Shown here: piece after piece, positions 13,201 to 33,240 of the stretch
Layout: the number at the start of each line of letters is the position of its first letter
Numbering within the stretch: the first letter of the stretch is position 1
Assembly: GCA_043228905.1 (NCBI GenBank)
Contig: JBHGNT010000001.1
Span: 12,710,001 to 12,774,000, forward strand
Direction: 5' to 3'
Length of the DNA stretch: 64,000 bases
DNA from: Azolla caroliniana
Lineage: Eukaryota; Plantae; Polypodiophyta
Position numbers and translations under genes: made by a program
Notes under the pieces: generated by a model
The model's input: the letters and a program-made list of their open reading frames with translations, nothing else
Databases searched by the model: none
What the model was told of the DNA's origin: nothing

Positions 13201-16200
13201 ATCAGGAGCTTTTCTTAGTGGTGCGGCTCCAAATGGTCTTCTTGGATTAGGATTCGGGGAGATTTCGCTCCCAAGTTCTCTCGCAAGATCAGGATTAATA
13301 ACAAATTCATTCTCTATGTGCTTCCAAGATGATGGTTCTGGAAGGATTTTCTTCGGAGATACAGGAACGCCTTCCCAACAAACAACACCTTTATTACTAC
13401 TAAATACCACACAGTTCAGTAAAAAAACAGAAATATCAGATCTTAGTCTTTATTTGATGATTATTTTCTCATGTAGTAATTTTGCATTTGAATGAAAGTA
13501 TTTTAGCATTTATTGGATCTTTGTTTCTCAATTTTATTTTTGTTTTATTAATTAAAATAGTTTTTTATTGGCCTTTCTATGACAGTTTGCCCTATGTTGT
13601 GGGATTGGATAAGATTGCTGTGGGGAACAATATCTTCAGCCAATCAAGTGTTCAAATTATCGTAGACACTGGAACTTCCTTCACATACTTTCCGCCCAAA
13701 GTGTACTCTACACTAACCACTGAAGTAAGGAAGCTCTAGTCTCTTATGTCATAAATTCGGACTTTCTATTATTAATCTTCTCAAATTCATGACAAGTTCG
13801 ATGGGCAAGTGCAACTAGAAAGGGCTGTTTTCACCGATGTCCCATGGGAATATTGCTACAAGTTGAGGTTGGTATCTATGTCGCCAATGAAATGATGGGT
13901 CAACATTTATGTATGCTCATAGCAAGCATGATATCGTTTCCTCTTTGGCCTTTTCGTTTTCTTCCCTTTTGAACATTCATTTTTTATACGACATTGACAG
14001 TGTTAATGATGATCTGGTGCTTCCGGCAATCTCTATGGTCTTTCAAGGAGGCGGCAACTTTTCCGTTGTTTCACCCCTTGTGGGGATTCCTAATGTGAAT
14101 GTACGTATAATTAGTAAAACTTTTGATGATACATATAAATGTATCACATACACATGCATCCATATAAACACGATATCAATTGAACATGTATTAATCTCAT
14201 GCATTTACACATACAAATATAATACACATTTATTTTAACAATTTGTTTTGTATGCACAAACACTTAGGCTTGTGCATTGATTTCTCTATCACACATACAC
14301 ATGTTTACAGTAACATTTTGTTTTAGCATGCATAAAGACTTTCGTTTTGGAATGCATCCAAACATATTTCTTATAGCATGCACACTGATAACAATCGGCA
14401 ACGGTTTGGTTTGGTTTGGTTTGAGAGGGTCCAAACCGTTTAAATTTTTTGAAACCTAAACAAAACCGAACCGTTAAACATTTTTCAAACCATAAAAACC
14501 GTGGTTTCGTGGTTCGGTTTTGGTTTTCAACATAGGTCAAATTTTTAATTTTTTAAAATTTATAATATTTCATTTTTTAAAATTTTTAAGATGTTCTTAA
14601 AATGTGAAAATAAGGTCTAAAAATGAAAAGATTGTTTAAAAACAATTTTAAAATTTTTAAAATTTTTAAAATAATAATAATAATAAACCGTTAAACCGTT
14701 TAAACCTCGGTTACGCGGTTCGGTTCGGTTCAAACCGAACCGTTTCTGATTGTTACACACTGACAACACATGCTAAAGACCATGCATTAATCTCCCCTCA
14801 ATTGATATATACAAATTTAAAATGTTCATAAAAAACATGTTTTTTTTTAATTCTTTGCTTATTGATAGTTTTTTAAAACATTTGAATATTTTGTATATGC
14901 TAGGATAGTGCTCTCGATGGCTTTTGCTTGGCAATATTTGAAAGCAATATCGCAATCCTTGGGCGTATGTTCTTACTATTGACTATGCATGAAATTTTAT
15001 GTAAAGAGTTATCGATATGCTTATGCATAGGAAATGATGAGGATCATATATGTGAGTAACTAAAGCATGATCATGATTAACAGAAGAATCTCTAGAGATC
15101 AAATCCCATCGATCATAATTCCTCAAAACCAAAACGAATCCATCCACTTGCAAATTGTCCTATTTATAATCTTAATATTAAATTGTGATCCAATTTATGT
15201 TTGTGCACACAAGAGAAAATGTGATAAAGTTTTGTGCTTAGCATATAAGAGGAAATGCTAACCTTTGTACTACTCACAGAGAATTTCATGACGGGATATC
15301 AATTGGTGTTTAATCGAGAGGATATGGAGTTGGGATGGTCCCCGTCAAATTGTGAGTGTGCTTGTTTTCAATAAAATTTAAAATGGTCTAGAACAAGACA
15401 AAATCATTAATTACAATGCACACATGGCAGCAAGCAATTGTGTATATAGATAGTAAAGGAAAAAAACCGTGCACATGGTAGCAAGCAACCATACATATAG
15501 ATAGTAAAGGAAAAAATGCACACATGTAGCAAGTGACCATGTATATAGATAGTAAGGGAAAATTTGCACCAAGAAACCATGTATATGGATAGTATGGGAA
15601 AAACTCTTTTAATACTCCCCGATTTTTCACAAAATCGCTAATTCCAATGCAAGCATGGTTGGAAAACTTTTTAATACTCCTCGATTATTGACAAAATCAT
15701 TAATTAGAATGAATGCATGGTAGCAAGCAACCATGTATATAGATCATAAAGGGAAAACCTCTTTAATACTCCCCAATTTTTGACAAAATCATTAATTACA
15801 ATGCACGCATGGTAGCAAACAACTATGTATATAGATAGTAAAGGAAAAGACTCTTTAATACTCCCCAAATTTTCTTTATCTCCCAAAATTCCCTAGGTTT
15901 CCATTATTCATTTGTCCTTGGTCAACGTCGTTTGAAGCAGTTATATAGCCAATTCTTGCTTTTTGGGGTTTTGACCAAGGGTATTTAAGAAAATAACATG
16001 CACGTTGGGCCAATCCTAGTCGTATTTGAATATGGTTCCTTGTTAATAAATTCAAATTGGAATGCAAACATGTTTGCTATCAATATCTTTAGAGGCAATG
16101 AATTCATTGAAATCTCTTCTTCTTTTATGAGGACCTGAGAAGGTATCCATGAAGCTTTTTTCTTACATGATAACATCTTTTTGATAGGTTATAAATTGGA

Positions 16201-16399
16201 GGAAAATGAGATCTTCGTGCCATCACCTTCTCCTAGTGTTCGTCAACCTGTTGCCAATGCACCGTCTCCATTTGTGCCTCCTGGTGTTCACTCGATACCA
16301 CCGGTGGTTGCATCCTCGCACATCTATAGTGCTTCCTTTCACAACATAATATTCATCGTTTCACTTGTACTCAACAATCTAATGCCATACATACAATGA
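7262..16399 (+). CDS. Secreted, probably GPI-anchored A1-family aspartic protease (aspartic proteinase-like protein 1 type), 10 exons, ~560 aa
   Basis: Phase-compatible GT-AG exons: 7262-7683, 10162-10297 (alternative donor after 10282), 12494-12735, 13186-13413, 13586-13724, 13797-13867, 14001-14100, 14904-14964, 15280-15351, 16188-16399 (1683 nt). Signal peptide MQCTLVLQLLLIVFF; FGWLHYTVIDVGTP; catalytic DTGSD and DTGTS; AAPNGLLGLG; ILGQNFMTGYQLVFNRE; Pro/Ser stalk and hydrophobic C-terminus. Confidence 0.9.
7421..7555 (+). repeat. 3 x 45-nt coding tandem repeat in the protease pro-region
   Basis: IKVNSGLNEQLESQR / IRVNSGLNEVEESQR / IWIKSGLNEEEYSGR. Confidence 0.85.
8356..9800 (-). mobile_element. 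Degraded Ty1/Copia RT-RNaseH remnant in protease intron 1
   Basis: Minus-strand MDVKTTILQGDIEE, KLKRSLDGLKQASRQ, MKDLGPAESIL, YSSACGSMMYDMVGTRPNIAYAMGVV, ILYCD. PPT-like AAGTGGGAGGC near 8357-8367. Boundaries approximate. Confidence 0.8.
10001..10100. repeat. ~24-bp tandem repeat, 4 copies
   Basis: CATAAAAAGTACATTAATGAAAC-like units. Confidence 0.7.
10950..12250 (-). mobile_element. Degraded LINE fragment in protease intron 2
   Basis: Minus strand GQAGFRRAFSTIDHILPLRCL...LYGCFVDFCRTFDTV (RT) and LAPILTHLFNRAL. A C-terminal EEHFVCRC-like segment lies near 11040-11065. Boundaries approximate. Confidence 0.7.
14389..14755. mobile_element. hAT-type MITE, 367 bp, in protease intron 7
   Basis: TIRs TAACAATCGGCAACGG / CCGTTTCTGATTGTTA. 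Exact 8-bp TSD CACACTGA at 14381-14388 and 14756-14763. Subterminal AACCG/CGGTT repeats. Confidence 0.9.
15397..15873. repeat. Complex tandem repeat (~48/92-bp units) in protease intron 9
   Basis: Recurring CATGGTAGCAAGCAACCATGTATATAGATAGTAAAGGAAAA and CTCTTTAATACTCCCC...ACAAAATCATTAATT. Confidence 0.8.
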
Positions 16400-19328
16400 G
16401 AAACTTAAAATTATGTGTATACCACACCTTAGCTCTATAATTGCATTATTGATATAGTACATGGAGTATTGTAGATTACAATACTTAGTGCTTCCACCAT
16501 GGTATTGCAAAGATGTATTTTCGTACTTGTATTTTATAAGAAAAAATTCGCCATAATCTAATTATCTACTTGAGTTTTCCAGCCTGGCATTTTTAATGTT
16601 TGTGCCATGGGACAATGTTGCTTCATTTGATAGATTGGTTTCATTTGTATGCTTTCCATGAACAAGAGGGAGCATGTTTGCATGTGCAGTGTTTTCACAT
16701 AGAGAGTTTTTACTACATATTAAACCCCATCTTAGGAAGTAGTCACATCTGAGATGATATGTTTATTTGGTCCTGTAGGTTTGAATTGGCCTCCTCGTGG
16801 ATGATAAGAAAACTCTTCTATATTATTCTATAGTAATGAACATAATATAGAAACACACGTTGAAGTACTATAAGGTTGTTGTAATGAACTATCATGTTTG
16901 AACATGATGATTGGCTTGGATGACAAGAATGTGTTGTTTTTGCTTGTACTCTACTTTATCCTTGAGGACCTCTTGAACACATAGCTAGCTAAAGTGATAT
17001 GGGTCTCTTCACCTCTTTCACCAATTATCCATATAGGGGCCGCCCATTTAGTGTGAAGTATGCTAAGCATTAGTCCATATTGGATTTGGAATACCGAAAA
17101 TGGTTAATGTTATCTAAAGTGTTCTTCATGGTGGTGGTAGAGATTATTGATTAAAGCTTTCTTACATTAATAGAAAATCTTCAACATAAACACACTTTGG
17201 AATCTATCCTTGATTGATTGCAACAGTTGTGAGGTTTCTTCATGCAAATATTATTGACCTAGATTTGTAAGATGTGTGCTTGAAATTCAACCAATGTGAC
17301 TCCATTAGTTGAGTGGGTGAACACCAAATAGGAGAAATAAAGAGATCTATTCAATCATTGAAATTGAGATTACCAAGTAGATATTTTCATGCCCTTGATT
17401 GAATGGGATTGGACGTTGGATTTTGTGCATCCATATGTTGTATTTGGAGGAATTCCAACTTTAATAATAAATAGTTGTGATGAAGCAGAACTCCACGTTA
17501 AGTAGCAAATTTTAAAGATATTATTGTGGCAATTCAATAAAAGATCAATGTTTGTCATAATAATATTTTTACAACTTTGAATAGGATGTTCTCTTTTGCT
17601 ATTATTTGCAATATAGTATTGGAATTTCGAATAACCTGTATTTTTGTTTGATTGTGTAAACTTAGTCCATCATGCATGTGTTCAATGATTGTTTCGAATG
17701 AACACAAAATCTACCATCTCAATGCAACAAGAGAATGAGGCTTCTAAATATAGATATGTATTCCATGCATAAGTGTAAACTCATTTGGGTCAAGTGGGCA
17801 AAACATAGGAAATCTAATGATAGCATAACCTAATATTGAGCAACCAAACATGCATGCTTGAGTAATATATGTCATTGTGAGTTCTTCCCAAAAATATTTG
17901 TCAATGAGAAATTGCACAAATATTTTCAAAGAGTAACATAAAGTGCAAATTAATGTTCCTATGACTAACACATCAAAAGATCACATCTAAACTATACATT
18001 CTACGCAATTAAACCCTAAACCCTAAACATGGAGAACAAACATGTGGGCTATTTAGTGTAAGATAAATAAGTGGTGTAGTCCATATGGAAGTAAGTAATG
18101 TCTAAAGTTGTGTATTGTATGTCATTTTAACTAATGGAGTATATTCTTCTTTTGGAAAAAAAAAATCTAAAGACTTCACAAGTTAAAACTTGGATAATAT
18201 GACAGAAGTGTATGTTACAACGGTAGAGAAACCCATATTAGTATGGTGCAACCAAAAAATGTTTATCACATTAAATCAATTTGTGGGCATATTTCCCATA
18301 CACATTATAAAAGATGAAAAAATCTACCAAATCATTGTTTGTAAATTCTCAAGCTTTGGAATAAGGCTTTAGATAAATTGTTAATCCTTTCCCAATTGAA
18401 ACAAAAGCAAACATAGGCATTCCCTATCCACAACACGACAATGGAACCTATGCCACTAACTTTCCAAAAGGCATAGAGGTAACAATTATTTCTAAGAATT
18501 TTCAATGAATCATGTTGATGTGATGTTTGCATTATCATAATCATTTAGTGTGAAATATTATACCTTGTGAATGAACATATCGATCTACAATACACATATT
18601 TTCATTTGAATATTAAACAAGGCTTCAAGGAATAACAAAATGTTGCTATAGGATATATGTAAAACCATTGCCTTTATACATTTTGCTAAGTATCTCTTTC
18701 TAGAGAGTATCATTTTCTATGTTACAAAAAAAGGTACACATTAAGAAGCAATTTAAGGCAAAAAGTTAGCTTATGAAAATGTCAAATTTGTCAAGAGTTG
18801 TGTTTGAATATTTTGATGAGATATCGCGACATCTAGGCAAACTGCAATTACTCAAAGGTATGAAAAGCTAGAGTCAACACATCTTTTACTTTAAAGCGCA
18901 ACACTTTCGCCATTCACAATTGTGCGACTATATTACAAATGCCAATGTTCAATTTAGGATGATCTCAAACTAAAATACTGAGGAGTTTTTTCATTGAACA
19001 CGTTATCAAACTCATGAGTTGAAACTTTAAATTGCAAAACATAAGTTGTAGCACTGTAGATTTATCGTACTATCTACCACACAACACTCCCATTTTGAGA
19101 ATGTGAATAAACTGACCTCGAAATCTTCAAGCAATAATTGTGGGGACGATGTTTGAAGTCTCTCTCATAGACGATGTGTAAAGGCAAATTCATTTCTTTG
19201 CTTTAGCATGCATAGTCTTCTTAGAGATAAGATTCCACAGAAGTTCTAGTGTAAAGTAAAAGAGGAAAGAAAGATTGCAAGTTCCTATATAATGATTGTA
19301 GATATAAGGACTTCATGTACTTTCTGAT

Positions 19329-19332
<4 letters not shown>

Positions 19333-19374
<42 letters not shown>

Positions 19375-19376
19375 GA
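19333..19376. repeat. (GA)n microsatellite upstream of HIPL1
   Basis: Read directly. (GAA)n at ~19639-19661 and (TATG)n at ~19829-19864 lie nearby. Confidence 0.9.
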
Positions 19377-19975
19377 ATGCAAATAAGTGGGACAACTTAT
19401 ATTCTAAGTTGTGTTATATACAATGCAAAACATCAAAATGCCCCTAACTCATGCTAAGAAGTGAGACAACTTATATTCTAAGCTATATTATACAATGAAA
19501 AACTTCAAAATGCCCCAAACTCATTAGGAACATAGCGATGAGAACGCTGGTTTAGTTGTTGTGGCTCACCATGCACGTAATCGCTTGAATAATGTATGCC
19601 AATGAATAAAGACCCCATCCCCCCATCCTTCGGTGCCAAAGAAGAAGAAGAAGAAGAAGAAAAGGTGTGAAAAAGAAGAATATCGTGGCACAACAGTAGG
19701 TTGGCCTCCGCCTCCAAAAGCTTTTTGGACATGTTAGTTATGGGCTGGCCCTTCGCTTTTTTACAAGTTTTTTGGCCATGGTTACCGACCGGCACTTTGG
19801 CCCGGTCCAAGTATGCATGCATGCATACATGTATGTATGTATGTATGTATGTATGTATGTATGTGGAAAAACAATGGGGTGGGGTCCATCATCATCTTAT
19901 GCATCCTCCGTGCTATGAGAATCAAAGATTTCCTGCAGGATTTGATCACAGGCTTCGACCCTGTCCCGCCTTTCA

Positions 19976-26941
<6,966 letters not shown>

Positions 26942-29421
26942 AGGTTATTTGGGGATATCCTAATCCACAAACATTTAGGTGACATGTTATTGTATAACAT
27001 TTCTTTCTACGGGAAGTTCCATGCACGATATCCAGGCATAATGAAGAACATTTGGGAAGAGTTACTAGTTCAACTCCATCAATGCTTCTTGAAACAAATA
27101 ATAAATTATCATTGTGAAAACATGTGTTTAACATTGATCAGTTTATTGTTTACTTGTTGCATTGAAGGCACAATATTAAAAATAATAGGCTAATACTACA
27201 ACACATACCTACATTCATACAATCGTACTTCTAATACAGCCATATGTTTATACAATCGTACATTAATAGTAATATGTACATACATACAAGCATATATTCA
27301 ATCATACAAACGTACATTAGAATGTATGGGTGAATTCTTAAATGATCACTGTTAAAACATTTTGATGTTTTACTTGGTTCATTATTTTTCTTGATAGTGG
27401 TGCAACACTATCAAGAAAATTGATGCCTTTTGTTTTGTGCAGAATTTCTTGTGAAGGTGTATAATTTTACTTCAAATTTCTTTAAATGGATGGACTAGAT
27501 TAATTATATTTATAAATTCATAAAAATATGTGCAGGTGGCAGGCCTATTTCTCAAATTTCATATTTATTGCAAGCTGAAAAAGAATATTGATAGATTGAA
27601 TTGTCTATTGATGTTTACAAGGTGGCGCATTCAATGTATCATATTCCATTCCTTCTAATATAATGAGGTTTTTATGAATTCCATGTAGGTGTATGAGTGA
27701 AGTGAAGTGATGCATCATTTAAAGACATTTAGCAACTTAGTACTTTACAAAATTAAGAAACGTCTTACTGAAATCGTATAGTACTTGGGGAAGGTGTTGG
27801 AGTACATTCATTGTGATAACATCATCTACATTTCAAAATGCTAGGTATATCTCTTCGAGTTTTCCAATGGTGGAGCGAAGCTAGATGAGTAGAGATCTGG
27901 AAATGTGTATGACAAACATATTGGAATATGATTAAGTTTCCGCTTGTCTGTGATGGTTCATCACAATAAAAACACCCACCATTTTGAAATGTAGATGGTG
28001 CCATTGCAAACATAGATGAGTATGGATGTGGAAATTTGTGTAAAAAGCAAGTCAGAATATGATCAATTTCAAGGTAACATAGATGAGAGTATATATATGA
28101 AAACGTTTGTAATAAATATATTGGAATGTCGAGTTTTTGTCATGATTTGTAATCTAAATTCATCATCACATTTTAGTGTTATTGTATATTGTTTGTTCTT
28201 AATCATCAATGTCTTGCACATATATTTCAAAAATCCTGCTTATGTATACTGAAGAATAATGAAACACTGTTGAATAAAGCTGATGAGCCTTTTAAACCCA
28301 TGCTTAGGGAGAGACTTTGATGGATTTTATGATTGTGGAGGTTACATTTGAGATGGGTTAACACAAAACGCATCTATGCAAAATAGCGTAGTCTCAAGAA
28401 TTGTAAGTCAAATTTTGTAGAACATTGTATGTAGTTCGATATACAAAATGAGCATAATGTGGAATTAATATTGAGGCTACACAAAGATAATATGATCACC
28501 TTTAGGTGACTTTATTATCCTTGTGATTTTCAAGGCTTCTTCCAAAATGGCATCATCTACATTCATGTTCATACTTTCAGAGCAACACCTTTAAGGTGGA
28601 TTTGTAAATTGTATACATATGCTCAATATGCATTTTCCATGATACTACATGTGTTTTGAGAAATACCCAACACGAATTGAGTTAGGTAAGTGCAAAACAT
28701 GGGCACATTAGTGCAGCCAAATCTTTACTTGGAGGCAATGCACAATCACCAGTTTGGACCAGGTTAAGTACATTTATCTTGTTATTCTACTATATGGAAG
28801 AGCAATGTAAACTTAATTGAAGATGGATATCATTAAATCCAACCCACAATAAAATATCACAATTGGGAAGGCCAGTCATCTAAGACTGCATATGTAGGAT
28901 GGATATTCCCAAGGGTGATTGATGTATGAGTGAGGAAAAACGGTTGATCATGGCATCTTACTACTTTGTGTGAGAAACAAGGATGGCTGTATGTTGTGTG
29001 ACACAAGGCCCACTTGTTTCCAAATCTTTACCATCATTTATGAGCTAAATGAACTGTATTCTAAATCTGTTAGGTCTATCAGCACGATGAAACAAGTTGG
29101 TTAGTTTTATAAACCATTTTACAGAAAAGTTGATTTTGTAGAGACTTGTTTGTTTGGACAAGGTGTAGTATTCTTAGCAAATATATTGTTTGTTGTCAGA
29201 TCATTGAGCCATTGTCACCATTGGACTAGATAACTGCCACAAAGTTTTATATTTGAACCAAAACTATCATTTTTGAGGGCATGTGTCAAATAGTATTAGA
29301 ATCTAATACGAGCCTTGATAAGAAAAAAGTACCCAAGTACTACTCCATGAAGTGTCCAGGTCCCATAAAAGATGCCCAATGCAATAATCTAAGATGCTTT
29401 TAGGAGCTAAGAAAATAATAC

Positions 29422-29503
29422 ATCCCGAAACACTAAACCCTAAACCCTACTACAAGCCTCATCCCGAAACCCTAAGCCCTAAACCCTACTACAAGCCTCA
29501 TCC
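29422..29503. repeat. Short duplicated unit containing plant telomere-type CCCTAAA repeats
   Basis: ATCCCGAAAC.CTAA.CCCTAAACCCTACTACAAGCCTC occurs twice. Another AAACCCTAAACCCTAAAC lies at ~18011-18028. Confidence 0.6.
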
Positions 29504-30289
29504 ATGGACATTCTTTGAGGACTACTGTAATGCCATGTTATATGCGCAGTCAAGATATTGACCCACATTAAAAATATATCAATGCATTGAATGACCATTG
29601 AGATTCTTGATATATCAAACCATCCATCTGTACATGTTTGTTTGTATAATCGATGAACTTGTTAAGGGGAGGAATGAAGTTGTTGGTAAAGCCAATTCAC
29701 TTCATGAAATCAATATTCTTGCTGAAATTTGCCGAGATTAACTTTTGTTTCCACTTGGTGAAGCTGTTGCATACATTATTACGTTAGAACAGAACAATGA
29801 GAAAATTAATATGATTAGGGATAGATACTACTCAACTGAGGATGATTAGCATGAACCAGCACCTTTCAATGACTCACTTGTGGGAGAATCTTCATAGATC
29901 TGCCACATTGTAGAGCAGATCAAAAGATGGCATGTGAGGTAAAGAGTCGATGCAGCAGCAAACATTTCATAGTAAATGACAAGGCTGAGAATGACTAAAA
30001 TCGAGGCTGGAAAGGTGATAACTAGGACCAGGCAGGCCACTGTACATGTGTGCGCACTTGATTATGCTAACATTTAGTCTTCACTGGTGGAATTTACATC
30101 TGTACAACTGCCTCCTCTAAGGAAGCAGAGCTAAAAGTCAGCACACTGGGACGACCTCCACAAAAACTAATGAGGATTTCAGTTATAGGTATTTGAAATA
30201 TACAGGTCCAATACTAAAAACATGGAATAATTAGCATTACCAACCTTGCAGGGCATTTAGAGTTTTAGTAGGTGCTCGAAATATGCCCA

Positions 30290-33004
30290 TTAAAATGTAC
30301 TGGGACATGGTTCTAGCACTGAGCATACTTCCGAAGAAAGAAGCCTCTCTGCGTCCTCTTGCATTCCAGAGGCTGCATAAATGCTAGCCATAAGCACATA
30401 TGCTGCAGCAGAACCAGCTTGTAATTGTACTGCCATATCAAAAGCCCGTTTCCCAACCATCACATTTCCCCACTTCTTACAAGCACCTAACAAGGCTACC
30501 CAAACTGAAGGATCATTTGACGGTGGCATTGTCTTAATCACTGACAGAGCCTTGTCAAAGTGCCCAGCACATCCATAGATAACCACCATGCACATATGGT
30601 GCTCCACCTCTAGCGCGATGCGATACTTCCTGCTCATGTTTGTAAAATAAGTTTGGGCTATATCCAAGAGGCCGGAATGGCTACATGCATTTAGAATACA
30701 CAGAAATGTGACTGCATCTGGAGAGAGACCCTCCCCTTGTATTCGTTCCAAGCAATTCAGTGCTTTACAGCCTTGCCCTTGTTGGGCATACCCTGCAATT
30801 AATACATTCCAAGTGACAATGTCTCGAGTGGGAAGATCTTCAAGGACTTGCTGTGCTCTTGCAAGCACTCCACATCGGGTGTACATGTCCACCAAAGCTG
30901 TGCCAAGCATGAGATCCTTCACCAACAACTTCCTGCTTAGAATCTCGTTGTGAATTTTTTCGCCCTTGTTAATGGCCCCTATCAACCCACAAACTTTCAA
31001 GATGGATGTTAACGTGAACAGGTCTGGGGTGAGGCCCTCATTTTGCATTTGTTCAAAACAGTACAGTGCTTCTTGTGCTTTCTCCTGCTGGGCGAACCCT
31101 GAAATCATTGCAGACCAAGAGATTACATTTCGAATGGGAAGCTCCTCGAGAACTTCTTGTGCTTTAGTAAGAATGCCGCACTTTGCATACATATCCACCA
31201 GAGCTGTGCCCAGCACAATGTTATCCTTCAAAATTGCCTTACTGACAATTTGATCATGGATCTGCTTGCCCTTGTCAATAGCATGTATATTACCACAGGC
31301 ATTCAATATGCATGTGAATGTGACCATGTCTGGAGAAAGGCCCTCACCTTGCATCTGTTGGAAACACTGTAGAGCATCAGAACCTTTCCCCTGTTGCGCA
31401 TACCCTGCAATCAGTGCAGACCAAGAGATTACATTCCGAGCTGGAAGCTCTTCCAACACTTCTTGCGATTTCACAAGCAAACCACACTTAGCGTACATGT
31501 CTACCAACGCATTGCCAAGTATGATATTCTTCTCCAATAAACCTACGATCGCAATCTCTTTGTGAACTTCTTTGCCCTTATCAATAGCTCCTGCATTGCC
31601 ACAGGCCTTCAGGATGCAAGTGAACGTTACCATGTTTGGATAAATGCCCTGCTTTCGCATTTGTTCAAAACAGCTCAATGCTTCATGATCTTGCTTATGT
31701 TGGACATACCCTGTAATTAAAGTGTTCCAAGAGACAACATCTCGAACAAGAAGCTCATCGTGTACTTGTTGTGCTTTTGCAAGCTTTCCACATTTGGCAT
31801 ACATATCCACCAATGCAGTACCAAGCACGATATCTTTCTCCAGTAAAGCCTTATCCACAATCTCCTCATGAATTTGTTTGCCCTTATCAACAGTTCCTGT
31901 GCTCCCACAGGCCTTCAAGATTTCAACATAAGTGACTGCATTTGGAGAGAGTCCTTTGCTTTGCATCTGTGCAAAACAATTCAGTGCTTCATAGCCTTGC
32001 CCTTCCTCCATATATCCTGCAATCAGTGCATTCCATGAGTCAACACTTTGAATATGAAGATTTTCATGGAGATGTTGTGCTTTTATAAGCATGCCACATT
32101 TAGCATACATATCAACCAACGCACTGGCAAGAACACCTTTCTCCAGCAAGCCCCTGCTGATAATTTGATCATTGATCTTCTCACCCTTGTCTATAGCTCC
32201 AATGCTTGCACATGCCTTAATGATATGAAGGAATGTAACTTCATTTGGACAGATACCCTCCCATTGCATTATTTCAAAACAGTTCAGTGCTTGATGACCT
32301 TGACAATGCTGCACATACCCGCCAATGAGCGCATTCCAAGAGATCACATCCCGGACACATAGCTCGTCATGCACTTGTTGTGCTTTTGCAAGAACACCAC
32401 ATTTGACATACATATCTACCAAAGAAGTAGCAAGAACAGTATCCTTCTCCAGCAAACTCCTCTTGACTATTTCATTATGGATTTCTTTTCCCTTACTAAT
32501 AGCACCTAGGTTTCCGCAAGCCTTTAAGAGGCAAGTGAAGGTGATGGCATTTGCAGCTATGCCCTCGCTTCGCATTTGTTCAAAACAATCCAGTGCTTTG
32601 CGTCCTTGCCCAGACTTGGCATACCCTGCAATGAGTGCAGACCAAGAGACCACATCCCGGATGCAAAGCTCATCATGCACTTGGTGTGCTTTTGCAATCA
32701 TTCCACATTTAACATACATGTCTACCAAAGCATTTCCGAGCACAACATTCTTCTGCAGCAAGCCACTGCAGACAATGTCATCGTGAACTTTCACCGCCAT
32801 GTCGATAGATCGTATCCTGACACAGGCCTTCAGGAGGTAAGTGAAAGTGAAGGCATTGGGGGAGATGTTCTCATTTTGCATCTGCTCAAAGCAAGCCAGT
32901 GCTTGAAGAGATTGCCCCTGCTTCATATATCCCCATATTGCCGTGTTCCAAGAGCTAACGTTACTTCCTAGCCTCTGTCTCTGTGCATTTGCAAAGGGTG
33001 CCAT
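30290..33004 (-). CDS. PLS-class PPR protein, 904 aa: 8 P-L-S triplets + E1 + E2, no DYW
   Basis: Regular ~102-aa repeat VVSWSALIAGY / VTFTCILKACG / VLGTALVDMYAKCG. Terminal P2-L2-S2 (LNACSHSGLLD), E1 (VWVALLGACKKWGNV) and E2 (AAAYVLMASIYAASG). Uninterrupted ORF. Confidence 0.92.
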   Translation of the reverse strand: MAPFANAQRQRLGSNVSSWNTAIWGYMKQGQSLQALACFEQMQNENISPNAFTFTYLLKACVRIRSIDMAVKVHDDIVCSGLLQKNVVLGNALVDMYVKCGMIAKAHQVHDELCIRDVVSWSALIAGYAKSGQGRKALDCFEQMRSEGIAANAITFTCLLKACGNLGAISKGKEIHNEIVKRSLLEKDTVLATSLVDMYVKCGVLAKAQQVHDELCVRDVISWNALIGGYVQHCQGHQALNCFEIMQWEGICPNEVTFLHIIKACASIGAIDKGEKINDQIISRGLLEKGVLASALVDMYAKCGMLIKAQHLHENLHIQSVDSWNALIAGYMEEGQGYEALNCFAQMQSKGLSPNAVTYVEILKACGSTGTVDKGKQIHEEIVDKALLEKDIVLGTALVDMYAKCGKLAKAQQVHDELLVRDVVSWNTLITGYVQHKQDHEALSCFEQMRKQGIYPNMVTFTCILKACGNAGAIDKGKEVHKEIAIVGLLEKNIILGNALVDMYAKCGLLVKSQEVLEELPARNVISWSALIAGYAQQGKGSDALQCFQQMQGEGLSPDMVTFTCILNACGNIHAIDKGKQIHDQIVSKAILKDNIVLGTALVDMYAKCGILTKAQEVLEELPIRNVISWSAMISGFAQQEKAQEALYCFEQMQNEGLTPDLFTLTSILKVCGLIGAINKGEKIHNEILSRKLLVKDLMLGTALVDMYTRCGVLARAQQVLEDLPTRDIVTWNVLIAGYAQQGQGCKALNCLERIQGEGLSPDAVTFLCILNACSHSGLLDIAQTYFTNMSRKYRIALEVEHHMCMVVIYGCAGHFDKALSVIKTMPPSNDPSVWVALLGACKKWGNVMVGKRAFDMAVQLQAGSAAAYVLMASIYAASGMQEDAERLLSSEVCSVLEPCPSTF

Positions 33005-33240
33005 CCATAGCTAATCTCCTTTCCATAACCTCTCTTCTTCGACCCTCGCAACAGCTAACATTACATCCTAGTCTATGCTACCACAATTCAGTGGGTGCCA
33101 CAGCCACATATGTATGTATGTATACAAATTACAATACATACATACATACATATGCCTCTTCTTACTAGCAGCGAGAGGGAGACAGACTCTCTCTCTCTCT
33201 CTCTCTCTCCATTTTTATCTCAACTTATATTACTTTCACC

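Noticed and set aside
28300-29400. Possible ancient Gypsy RT-RH remnant on the minus strand (also 33750-34430 on plus)
   Set aside because: Only faint motif echoes (GVVLGY, SLDG) and no boundaries; not supportable by eye.
29846-30289. Possible downstream DYW exon for the 904-aa PPR
   Set aside because: No PG box, HxE or CxxC motif seen in the minus-strand frames I read.
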